This document shows, piece by piece, positions 52,464 to 64,000 of a stretch of 64,000 nucleotides of DNA; the first letter of the stretch is position 1; every line of letters starts with the position of its first letter. The translations under genes were made by a program, and so were the position numbers. A model generated the notes under the pieces. The model had not been told where the DNA came from and searched no databases. It worked only from the letters and a program-made list of their open reading frames with translations. The stretch lies in the NCBI GenBank assembly GCA_002633005.1, contig NMRA01000067.1, positions 310,010 through 374,009 of the forward strand. The letters are read 5' to 3'. The DNA is from Phoronis australis (lineage: Eukaryota; Animalia; Phoronida).

Positions 52464-55400
52464 TCATAGACCAGTGACTTTCCTGTGGTCAATTTTCTCT
52501 AAAACCACAAGGCTTTGGTGAAGTTAAGGACAAACAAAGCAATGAAGTAAAGAATGATTTTTAGTTTGCTTCCTGTCAAGTGTTAGTAACTGGCAAGCCT
52601 CAGACTTAACACTAGCCAAAACCAAGAGAAATTAAAAAATGTAACTATTTGTAGATATGAGGCAAATTAGAGTGAACTGGGGCTTCAAACACAAAACTGA
52701 AAATGAATTGTAAGCATGTTTTGCCTAAGTTTGATGATTGACTACTGGTTCTGGCATGCTTATGTCGAAGTGATAAGAAGATGCCATCTTAAAACCAATT
52801 ACATACACAAAAGCAATGTGAACTGCGGCTTGGGTCAAGGATACGGTTTTAATTGTTCAGCAAAATTCTTCATGTCCTCTTGTATTTGATCCTACAAAAA
52901 ATGAATCAAAAGCTGCTTTTTAGAATTATCAGAGAATGCAAGTGGACATCAAACAAAAATGATCAAATGTATTAAAGTTATATTAAGTGCTACATTGGCG
53001 AGTCAAAAATGGCAATTTCAAAGAAAGGAAAACTAAGATTTAAGCCAAGAACAACATGTATGAGCTCTGACCACAGTATAGCAATGGCAACCGCAGACGC
53101 ATAAAACAGGCTACTTATCCAGCAGCATATGAAGAAAGCTGATGGTATGAAATGAGGCTGGAGAGGATCCCATCACCCACTGACGGCTTTAAATAATGTA
53201 ACATTGTATTCTCACCTGTCCCGAAGGTGCAACAACACTAAGTTCCACCAGACAGGAGCCTGTGATGGGCTCTATATTCTCTGTATTACCAGCATGCATC
53301 ACCTGTAGCAACAAGATTTAACTGAGCTGCTTAACTTGTGTTGAACAGTGACTCCTGATTAATGATCACAGTCACCGATAGATGTCCTGGCAGGATAACA
53401 AAATGGTCGTCTCCTATCATTACATATTATACAATGTATTGACATTTTTAGCAAAGTTTCTAACAAATATGAAAAATGAAAGGTTAGATCATGAGTTATT
53501 GTATTTTCTTCAAACAGTTTCATCAGGACAGTGAATAACAATTGAGTAATAATTATAATAGTTTCTTGTTATGTCATTGGTACATTTCCTGGTGATAAGG
53601 GGTTTCTAGTTCGTGCCAGTTTCAACTTCAGTCTTCCACAACGTCCATTTTCGTAGAGTTCAGAGGACAGTTTGCGCGCACTGGTCCCTGGTTGCTTTGA
53701 TCTATGTTATATGTGCTGACTGCACTCATAAAACTTTTAGCTGTGTATTTACATAGCATTTTCATCCTGGACGTTTGGTAACACTTTGAATTATCTTCCC
53801 AAATCAGCCTTTACTAGTAGCGAATTTTATTTAGTCTTGTAGCTTCACCAGTTGGAAATAAAGTATAAAGCAAAGTTACTGAATTTTCCTTGATGACACT
53901 TTCGGCCCTATTGTGGGACAAGACATTGCAACTCGACTCCATTTGAATACAAATCGTTACTTGCGCTTAATAAGTAAAATGCCATGGCTGTATGGAGATA
54001 ATGCTATGTACAGTTCACACATCACATGTGGTACATCAAGCTGCAAGATCACACCAAATAATTGAAGTTAGAAGTATACTGACCTACAGTTACTGCCAAT
54101 GCTTGGATGACATTCAATTCATTCAGTTCATAATACAGTTACTGCCAATGCTTGGATGACATTCAATTCATTCAGTTCATAATACAGTTACTGCCAATGC
54201 TTGGATGACATTCAATTCATTCAGTTCATAATACAGTTACTGCCAATGCTTGGACGACATTCAATTCCTTCAGTTCATAATACCACTACAGCCAAAAACA
54301 GATGTCATATTTTCAAACAAAGTCATATGTCGCAAAATATTTAAACGTATGTAACAGTCTTTTGTCTACTCGCCACCTTGTGGCAGGAATCAGAACTACA
54401 TACCCTGAACACTTTTGAGACAATGACCTTCATCCTTCCCTTTCTATAGAGTGTTCCTTTTACTACAAATTCATGATCTAACCTGGAAGGAAATGGAAAA
54501 GCATTTTGCATCAAATCTCATTGATGGCAGGTTTTTACAACCATCCCTCCTTGGTGTGTCACCCATGAGGATAACTGATTGATAGGCAGTTGAATACAAA
54601 GGCCAATACAAAGCACAACAAATGCATGGGAGCTAAAATCCTGTTTAATGCATACCTTTCATGGCAATAGTATGATATGTCGTGCCCTTATTTTGAGAAC
54701 CAGTTTGATGCCTGTTATTCAATGGAGAAAACCGGTTCTCAAAATCCTGGCACGTTTTACCAGATTATTACAGAAATATGTAAGAATGGACTTCCATAGG
54801 TTATGTTACATTTCCAATCTAGCCCGAGCATGGCACGCTATTCAATTGTTAGCAACTTTATGATTAGGTGCATTGGGACTCCTGTTGAATATCTTCTACA
54901 GTGGCAGGAGTTAATAGCTATGGAAGTATCTTTCTTACACAGTTTACACTGAACAAAATGAAAGATAATCGTCTGAGATCAAAAGTAAGTATTTTGCAGC
55001 ACAACCGTCTCATACCTAAATCCCATTTCCGTGAGAAACTCCACAACATTATTTGATATACCACAGTCAAGATAGTTCCGAACTATAGTCTGGTAACTTC
55101 TGTCAGCATCAGCGTTCCCAATATATCTCAGGTGCCTGCAACATAACAATCCACACTGAGTATCAATAATCAGTGGTTTTTTTTGAAGTCACAAGAACAG
55201 TTACATTTTTTGTCTTCAAAACAGTACTATTAAAGAATCACCCTGAGCCTCATAGTAGTATTAACTGCTATAGATATATAATATTTAGCTTCACACAACA
55301 CTAACTTCGAAAACCGCTGTTTTGATTCATGTTTTGAGGTGGAATCATTTAACAGAAATTAACGAATAGGTTTAAATTTATTCTGCATCGTGGCTAAGCC

Positions 55401-56607
55401 AAGAGCATTAATTTGTGAATCGATTAGGCTGGGTCAGTCACAGTCTGGCTTGGGCTCCCTTACATGTAGGGGTAATAAAATCCCAAATGAGAGCAGGAGT
55501 TGTCTCATGTACAGAGAGTTAGCGTTCCTCACTGCAATAAAACTCGCATGTAGGTCAGACAGGATGAATTTCGCTTGCGGCCACCACTTATGGTATTACA
55601 TTCTGAGACATTTTATCTGATTACTTGCGACATGAATCATACAATCAGCAAGACATCTACTTTTCAAACTGATGTCTTGAAAGAGGTCGTGATGACCTAC
55701 TGGAATGCCATGGACATAGAGGGCAACTGACAAAGCAAAGGAAAGATTTTGACTTCACATGCAATGCAAGACAAACATTTCCAATCATTGGAAATGTTTG
55801 TCTTGCATTGCATGTGAAGTCAAAATCTTTCCTTGGAATCCAATGACATGTCTGCTGTACTTCACTGTAAATATGTGTGCTAAGCATGTCTGTTTACCAT
55901 GGAATGTCAGGGTGGTCCAATGAATGCCTCACTCTAAAAACAATGGGTGGCGCATTTGCAGATACGGCTCCTGAAATTATAAATGAAAAATGTGCATCAA
56001 AATAATTATTACTAACTGCTAGTAACATAGTAAACATTCCATATTCACACAAGTGGCCACACTTAATGATAGGGCTAAAGATCCTCTATAACATAACTGA
56101 ATACATAACTGTGAGCACTAAAATTAATTAAAATTGTTAAAGAAATACAAATTTCAGTAATAATACATGTACTTTAAAATACACATACATTGCAGCTTTG
56201 CCTTTGCATCAAGCAAAGCTAACTCTTGTGCTGTTCGATCCCTGGCAAGTACTCTGTAATAGTTTATTTAGAAAAATAATTTCCAAAGATATCCTAGTTC
56301 TAAATTATAGTTTAGTAACGACAGAAACACAAGTCAAGACAACTGTCAGAACACCAAACATGCTAAAGTAATCAGATTAACAACAAAAACTGTTTTTCAG
56401 TTTCACTGCCTTACGAATTGAGTACACGAGTTCGTGGTCGCGAAATACTTCAGTGCCAGTTTCGACACTGTCACATAACCCCTGCAGTCGTTGCTCTAAC
56501 ACATCTCTAGAACTATCCAAAACACCACCCTGTAGCAAATACTCCTGATACGACGGAACAACATTATTTTTACATAAAGCTGTCAATGTTTCTGCCGCAG
56601 TGGACAT
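52464..56607 (-). CDS. MED18: Mediator of RNA polymerase II transcription subunit 18, 7 coding exons, about 215 aa
   Basis: Exons 56415-56607, 55898-55970, 55016-55135, 54404-54482, 53216-53302, 52845-52891, 52464-52512 (648 nt, phases consistent). Translation includes QEYLLQGGVLD...QRLQGLCD...FRDHELVY, PWHLRYIG, EFLTEMGFRLDHEFVVKGTLYRKGRMKVIVSKVFR, LVELSVVAPSGQDQIQEDMKNFAEQLKPLVVLEKIDH, recognisably MED18. Confidence 0.95.
52513..52844 (-). other. U12-type (minor spliceosome) GT-AG intron, last intron of MED18
   Basis: 5' splice site |GTATCCTT; branch site TCCTTAAC at 52523-52530 close to the AAG| acceptor, with no polypyrimidine tract. Confidence 0.88.
54085..54280. repeat. 49-bp tandem repeat, 4 copies, in MED18 intron 4
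   Basis: tacagttactgccaatgcttggatgacattcaattcattcagttcataa is repeated four times; the last copy has 2 substitutions. Confidence 0.95.
55738..55834. repeat. Perfect inverted repeat with 48-bp arms and a 1-nt spacer, in MED18 intron 2
   Basis: aaggaaagattttgacttcacatgcaatgcaagacaaacatttccaat-c-attggaaatgtttgtcttgcattgcatgtgaagtcaaaatctttcctt. Confidence 0.95.
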
Positions 56608-56808
56608 GTTGGAATTTACTGCCCTCTGGTGGCTAAAATTAATTAATAAAGCACATTTTTAGACTATATTTGAGACCAGTTGATAACGAAATAGGGAATA
56701 AAATCCCATAAATTGCCTACTTTATTCTAAAGTCCCACTTGGAGATCTAAAATTGGATATTTTTATGTTAATGACAAATTGATTACCTGTTCAAACCTGA
56801 CAAACAAT
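56608..56808. promoter_or_regulatory. Putative bidirectional promoter shared by MED18 and TRDMT1
   Basis: Only 201 bp separate the divergent start codons (56607 and 56809). Confidence 0.7.
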
Positions 56809-59800
56809 ATGGCTGCGCCCACGAAAGAGATTCGTGTTTTGGAATTGTATAGTGGAATCGGTGGAATGCATTATGCTTTAAACGGTACGTGTGCATCCGA
56901 ACGTCTTTTTGAATCCAACAATTTTTAAGAAATTTTATTTTCAGTGTTACTTATTACCTTGCTCTCGTAAAATCCGCTTTCTTCAAACTTGGTGAACAAT
57001 TTGTGACTATAATATTTTTGTCTTGACTTTGCAATCTTTGCATTATTTTTACCTACCTAGACTGTACAGACGATGAATTCAGGCTCAGTAAATGTATTTT
57101 GTGACTTGACTGTTGAATTCAAATTCAAAGTTATCTATTATTTCAGAGAGTCAGGTTTCTGTGGAAACAAAGGTTGCCGCTGCTGTTGACATAAATGACA
57201 TTGGAAACAAAATCTACTGCCACAACTTTCCACGGACACAACTTCTTCAGAGAGATATAACGGTAAGACACTGTTGAGCTCAGCTACCTCTAGTACTGCT
57301 GGAATAAAAACTTACAAAATTTGGCGACATTGCGTCCGCATCTCAGGGACTTCAGCTTAGCTTGTGACGTTATCGTTACTCTGGCCAATTAAGTTTTTAT
57401 TCCAGTATTAAAATCAAACTTGATCTGTTTTCTCAACTGGATGTCTCAAAATTTTCATGCTTTTATCTTGGAACATTGGTGAAGGACGTCATAGTTTTGT
57501 CAGTATTTATTACTTGTCAAAAGGAAATTTTGCCACTTAGTATATTGTTCTCTCATGAACTTGGTTGTTTTTTCTTTTGATGCTCCCACATTTTCATATT
57601 TGTACACATATAGGTATGCATATACTCTGGTTTTATGTCTGCAGTGTCATCACTGTTTGCAGCTTCGTGATTGTTGTGGGTGGGTCAGGATTGCCATCGC
57701 TGTTGGAGGTGGCATTGCTGTCTTTAAAGTCATCCTCTGCATCATCCTTAGTGTCATTAACCTTTGTCATGCACGGTGTCGTTGCCTTTCTTTTTGTAGT
57801 CCATTTTCCAGTCCATTTTGTCAGGTATCACTCTGTTAGAGCGTTTTTTCAGTGAACAGCTTCACCAAAAATTGGTTGACTTGATTTTGACTGCCAGTAC
57901 GAGGTACACTGTAGATTTCAAAGATCATGATCTGGGGTCTCCAGAATGTCAGTGTTTGCCTTGTACTTTTTTAGTTGCTTGTTAGTGTTTTTCCATGATT
58001 ATGCTTGTACTATTGGTCAGTATTGTCTCCTCGACTCCTCCTTAGTGCGAGACAAGATTTTCTTTAGCTCTCAGAATGCTGGCTTTGTGTGTTAATGGCT
58101 TTTCGATATGATAAATGATGTACAGCCAACTGTGTGAAAGATAGCTTCTCATTGTCTTTGTGATTTTATCTGTATATTTGTCTTTCCAGTCATTTAGTGT
58201 AAAAGAGCTCAACAAGATACGTATAGATATGATACTGATGAGTCCACCGTGTCAGCCATTCACTCGAGTTGGTAACTACAAGGACAACTTAGACCCAAGA
58301 ACAAAGTCATTGCTTCGTTTGTTAGACACCATTCCACGGTAGGTTCAACAACAGTAAATTTCATACTCAAACATAATGCTAATGTATATAATTGCGCACA
58401 GTTTGCAAAAAGTTCCGCGTTCGAACTCAGCTCGGGCCAGAGATCTTTTCAAGTTTTGATCTATAGGTCACGTGATGCACCCAACATATTGTGTGCATGA
58501 AGACTAATGTCTTGCTTCTAATGTTTGGAGATTTTTTAGTTTGGCGTCTAAAATTTTCACAGATTACTGTTAGTTGTCAGGAATTCCCTTTTTCCTGAAT
58601 ATGAAAACATACTATGCGTTCTCACTATTGTAAATGTCTTAGACTGAAACCAATTTTAGCTGTGTCTCAGTCCAAGCTCTCATCTCCCATTGTAAGCACT
58701 TCAAACACATTGTTCTTTTATTTCTGGAATCTTGTATTCGAAACATGGTCACTCAAGCTGTAGAAAAGTAGAACTAGAAATAAAAGACATGTGATGAAAA
58801 ATGCTTCTTTGATGTAAAGGGAGACTTGGTCTAGATCAGTCTCTATTATGAAAATTCTGAACTTGCTAATGCAATCGGTGTATCGCTTAGTCACATATGG
58901 AGTAGTGCTAAGCTGATCCCGCCAATTCAGTGCTATCCAGTGTACCGAGCATGGTCAGGAGTAGCAGTCACATGCACAGACAACTGTCAATTGAGACTTG
59001 TGTAGATTTCAGTGAGATATCTGTGGGACATTGACTGGACATTGAGCGATGGCCGTTCTCGTCAGAATACTGTTTGAAATAGGCCGCAAATCTGCAGATG
59101 ATCGACGATCACCGGCAGATGTGAAACACTATCACCGTACGATACTTTGCCGTCCTGCAATAGAAAAATATGCTGAGCATCATGCAAATTTTAAATTCCG
59201 ATACACTAAAACATACAGTACAACCAAAAATAATGGAACAAAATTGCAGTATTCCCGCCATGATGGCTGTATACAAATGAAATTCACCGACCATCACCAT
59301 GGTAACTAGTCTTAGAATGATGTGTTCATGGCGTGTACTGAACGTAGAGTTCTCAAGAAAAGAAACATTGTGCGACCTCTGTTGTTTGATCTTGGAAGCC
59401 TTCAGTTTCTGCATTTTCTAATGATTCCAGGCTTGATACACCTCCAGAGTATATTCTGTTGGAAAATGTCAAAGGGTTTGACACCTCGCAAACGCGCCAA
59501 TGTGTTCTATCCATGCTGCGTAACCATGGATACTGTGTGCGGGAGTTCTTATTGACGCCTCTTCAGTTTGGCCTGCCCAACTCAAGGCTGCGATATTACT
59601 TATTAGCCAGAAGGACTCCATTTTTATTAAGTAATTCATCAGACGATGAGGTAAGGTTTTACTTGAAATTTAGACGAAAGAATCATAACTTGGCAAATTT
59701 GATTTTGTAACCACTCTGAATTAGTTGCAATCAGTTCTGGTCTCGGCTTTTTCCTTAAAGTAAGTTGTCATGCAAATATTTTGCCAAGAAATGACGAGCT

Positions 59801-62800
59801 CTTGACTGGCATTTGTATAATTTTCCTTCTGCAAGTTTTAAAACTGCTGTGTCAACAATGCAATGGTCGTGACTGTACTTGATTTGTTTGCTACTGAGTG
59901 TCCCCATTAAAAAGTGCCACAAGGGGTCACTTTTCATTGTTATTAGAATTAGAAAGAAAGAAAGAACTGTCTCATTACATTTGAAGTGTTGAAACTTGTC
60001 ACCTTTTCATTTAAAAAGACACCTACCTTTATTACTACTTTACTTGATGGGCAAACATTATATTTTTGTTAAAAATCTCTAAGACCAAACTTGTTATTTA
60101 GGAAAATGCAATGTAATAAAAATTTGTATCATATCTTGTATATAGCATTGACTCTATCAGTTTTGCCATAATAAAAATAAAATGACTAAACTTTTCACAA
60201 AACCATTCACATTTGGAGATTAATATATGAATGTTCTCGTATTTTTTTTTTAATTTGTTGTTTTATCTCTATTCGTTTTGATTATAGTCTGAATTGACTA
60301 TGAAATTGGTATTACAACTTGTTCCCACAGGGCTCATCTGTTAAAGTTGTATTTATTTCAGATTTCAGATAAAATACCTCCAGAGTTTTTACACAAGACT
60401 GTCTCAGAGTGTGCTAGTGGGCCGTCTGCGTCGCTTTTATGCAAAATGTGCTCAGCTGGACTCCAATACGAAACATCACCGTGCAATAGGACTTCCAGTC
60501 TTCAAGAACCTGTCAACTGTCCTACAGAGTGTGAACCTTTGGCTAATTTTCTTGAAAAGAAGGATGAGGAATATTTCCATACATTTCTGTTAAGTGATAA
60601 AGACTTGAAACTGTACGGATGTATGGACATTGTTACACACTCGTCCAGGAAATGTTGCTGTTTTACAAAGAGGTACGAGTTAGAAATCAAGAAACACGGT
60701 AGTTCAGACCATCAAACTGGACTTGAAAATTGCGTTGTCATGGCAGCATGGGTTTTAACATTTAATTGGAAGTAAGAGATAACATGTTGTTAGATTGACT
60801 TACGGCAGTACGTGATTCAATTTTTAAGACTGGTGTATGACTTCTTGAAGCATGTTTATGCAAATTTTTTGTTGTTCTTTATAGCAAAAGTTGGATATAA
60901 TGTGCCCACATATCGAGAACTACGGTAGTTCGAGAACCAGTTTGATGCCCGTTATTCAGTGGAGAAAACTGGGTTTCAAAATGCGGGCATGTCATATCCG
61001 ACTATTACCCTACAATGTGGGTAAATCGGCCTTAAAGGCTTTTGTAAGTTACAAAAATACACGAAATCTCGCATGTGAACTTGAGGAGGTTATAAGTACC
61101 TTGATGGAACACAAACATTTTTAAGTCTGGTCTGCATGCCACCTATTGGCCAGACCATAGGATGTGGCCTATGGGTGGCGTGCAGACCAGACTTAAAAAA
61201 TGTTTATGATCTATATTTCCACGCCAGTTTCAGATTTACATATATCGTTACTTTAATGGAACAAACAACAAATTATTATCACACGGGAGAAACATAAATC
61301 TTGGAAAATCATCATTTGGCAGCTATTTGTCTTACAAATTGAAGGTGTACTCCTTTTATTCTAGGTACTAGAGTCAATTAAAAATACAAATCACCTACTT
61401 ATTCCATGCAATTACCAGAAAATTATCCAAAGGCACTTAAAAGAGTTGTAAAGCTTTCTACTCACTGTGTTTCAATATGAAACTTGATACATTGCACTAA
61501 TGCTACTTAATGATCATAATTATTTCTCCAGGTACAGTCATTATATGGATGGAGCAGGATCTATTGTTCAGATGAACACAGAGGCGGAGGTAAGTCGTCT
61601 CAGTATGGCATTGATGTACTAGTGCAATTAATTGTGAATTGGCAGTTAATTGTTCTTTGGAGTTTTCCCTCAATCCAGAGTGATTGCTGTTTTGACAGAC
61701 CACAACCTAAACTTTGTAACACATCCTGAGATTTTTGTGGCCACAATAGAGATGTGTTTATTGTACTGCCACATTTTAGATTATATAATTTCTTTCCAGT
61801 TTATAGTAGTTGGACAAATCGGCTGGTTTCTTTCTTTCCATGACTCTCATGTTTTTCCCAGAGGGTCCTGTGGGTTAACCAAGATGGTCATGTGGGTTAA
61901 CTTCATTACATAATGATTTTCAATGAGATAATCTCAAAATCAAATAACAATGAACTTGGGAATCTGTGTTTTTCCTTCTTGTTCAAAAGTATATTTGAGG
62001 TGGTATTTGGGCAAGAAAAACAATACATTTATAGACACATTTTGGATCATTTTTGATGAAATATTTGCCTTGTTTGCCAGGTATCATGGAAATCTGAGCC
62101 AGATGAGAGTTGTGTTAGTGAGCTGAGGACACTGAAGTTACGATACTTCACACCCAGAGAAATAGCCAATCTTCTGTGCTTCCCCCTTCAGTTTGGTAAG
62201 TCATAATTTGGAAACCTCTTACAATCGTTCACACAAAATTTTGTCTCCCATCACAATGCTGGGGCGGATCCAAGACTTTTTAAAAGGGGGGTTCGGATCA
62301 AGGATTTTTTTAAAAAAGGGGGATTCAAGTCAACAATTTGAAAATTCTAGATTTGATATCACTAAAATCAAGGGGAAAAAGGGTGGGGGTGGGTCCAGAC
62401 CCCCTTGAACCCCCATGGATTCACCTATGTAATGGCTAAATCTCTTTTATTTAAAAATAATGTGTAATGATTATTTCTGCAAAATCCTAGCATTTTCGCA
62501 TAATTAGCATTCAGGTAAATTCTTTGTTACCCTGAATGGCTTCGGCCATGAATTTCTCTTGCTGTCAGTCCTCACGGTGGGGAATTCTGGTTCATTATGT
62601 CTAATTTGCCATGCATTGTATTCTAAGAATCAGTACACAAGAGGTGGTGCTGTAGATCCTTTGAGAGCCTGGAGCATTGCCCTGGTCGGAGAAACAATGG
62701 AATAACTAAAATGTAAACTCATTAATTTATGTTTATGATGTTATGCTTTCAATGTGTTTATTCAAGTGCCAGCAAGAACACCATCTATTCACTTCATCTT

Positions 62801-62971
62801 CTGCAGACTTTTTGTGTGAGTATCCACCAAGTTCAATGTTCTATTGACAGTGATGCTCAATTTTCAGATTTCCCACCAGATATCAGTATGAAGCAGAAAT
62901 ACAGAGTGTTGGGTAACAGTCTTAGTGTAGGAGTAGTCGCCATGCTGATTCGTCTGTTAGTCCATGGGTAA
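56809..62971 (+). CDS. TRDMT1: tRNA (cytosine(38)-C5)-methyltransferase DNMT2, 8 coding exons, about 382 aa
   Basis: Exons 56809-56884, 57147-57262, 58190-58338, 59431-59650, 60362-60672, 61532-61589, 62081-62195, 62868-62971 (1149 nt, phases consistent). C5-methyltransferase motifs: RVLELYSGIGGMH (I), MSPPCQPFTR (IV), LLENVKGF (VI), PNSRLRYY (VIII), the DNMT2-specific CFTKRY motif, LRYFTPREIANLLCFP (IX) and YRVLGNSLSV (X). Confidence 0.96.
61113..61205 (+). repeat. Imperfect inverted repeat (about 40-bp arms, 12-nt loop) in TRDMT1 intron 5
   Basis: aaacatttttaagtctggtctgcatgccacctattggcca ... tggcctatgggtggcgtgcagaccagacttaaaaaatgttt. Confidence 0.85.
62261..62428. mobile_element. Short MITE-like insertion with GC-rich imperfect inverted termini
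   Basis: ggggcggatcca ... tggattcacctatg. A related gatccgccactg terminus occurs near 8980-8991. Confidence 0.35.
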
Positions 62972-64000
62972 CTTGGGTTGGTTGAGGCCGCATACGAACA
63001 GATTTGGTCGAGTCATTAAGTGCCAGAAAAAATCAGAGTTGCAGCAATTAGTTTTGTCTCTGAAGGAGACAGTGAACTCCACTCAGTGTGCATTGTTGTC
63101 ATGGTAACGAAGAAATAATGGTGTGATGGTAAATTATGTTTTCAATCAAAAATATGTTTACGTTAATTCTTCACATCGTTGGTACAAAATAGTCAGCAAA
63201 ATTGTCATTGTTTTGGTTTTTCAAAGACCGATTGCAGTACAAGCCAAAACTTTTCAGACAAAATGACCCAGAACTCCCTGTCATGATGGCTGGGTGGAAG
63301 TCGAATTCATTGTCAGAGTAGTCTCCCCTGATGACCATCAGAGTAGTCTCCCCTGATGACCAAGAATGAAGGGGAATTAACAGGAAAGTTAGTAAGGTGG
63401 CTAAGCCACGCTGTAACTTGACTTTTGCAGCCCTAAAACTTATTACCGGTAATTTTTTGCTGTTAACAGAATTAGCTGTCATGGTGGCACATGTGGTATT
63501 GTGGCTGATTAGTTTTGTCTTGTAATGTACCTTGGTGCAATTTATGGAATCTGCCCGATGTTCTCTTGTCACATCTACACAGGACTCACAAAGACGATTA
63601 CAGACTAAAATTTTTCTTAACTGTTTTGTCTTTGTTTGGAAATTTGACAATTAATAAAATTTCACTCGTGTACTATGATCATAATTGTGCGCTAAATAGT
63701 GAAGAATTTTACTTAATATTCTTTCAAACACAATCAAGTTGTGTACAAATATATTTTTTTGTGAATTTGTGTGTGACATCACAAACAGAACTCATTCTTG
63801 CAGAAGTAGATGCAAACTGCAAGTAAGTGGCCAGTTTCTGTGGTGTACATTAGAACAACACTGAACTAAAATATTACTGCTGTGAAATTTTTTTCACTTG
63901 AATACCAATCTCCGATTAATTGGTTTACATGTCAGACCATATTTTCTGTCTAACACTTAGCACAAGAGAAAGATATATTCATCATAGCAAAACAACGGTA

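Noticed and set aside
63171-63650. 159-aa minus-strand ORF downstream of TRDMT1
   Set aside because: No recognisable motif or supporting splice structure; it lies in the probable 3'UTR region of TRDMT1.

Overview
Eukaryotic (animal, probably marine invertebrate; taxon not determinable from this window) draft-assembly sequence with spliced genes. Three conserved genes could be assembled exon by exon with consistent phases. CTR9 (PAF1 complex; minus strand, 22 coding exons, about 1208 aa) spans 21244-38689. MED18 (minus strand, 7 coding exons, about 215 aa) has a last intron with U12 minor-spliceosome signals. TRDMT1/DNMT2 (plus strand, 8 coding exons, about 382 aa) lies head-to-head with MED18, 201 bp away. 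Also present: a Hunchback/Ikaros-like C2H2 zinc-finger ORF; a single-coding-exon putative neuropeptide precursor ending in SIF-G-stop; an unidentified His-rich/Pro-Gly-Tyr-rich spliced ORF; three identical initiator tRNA-Met genes plus a decayed copy; a 5'-truncated L1/Tx1-like LINE with a 12-bp target-site duplication upstream of one tRNA; several MITE-like elements, minisatellites and long intronic hairpins. Most large direct repeats abut N gaps and are probably uncollapsed haplotypes. All coordinates were read by eye and no database searches were run.
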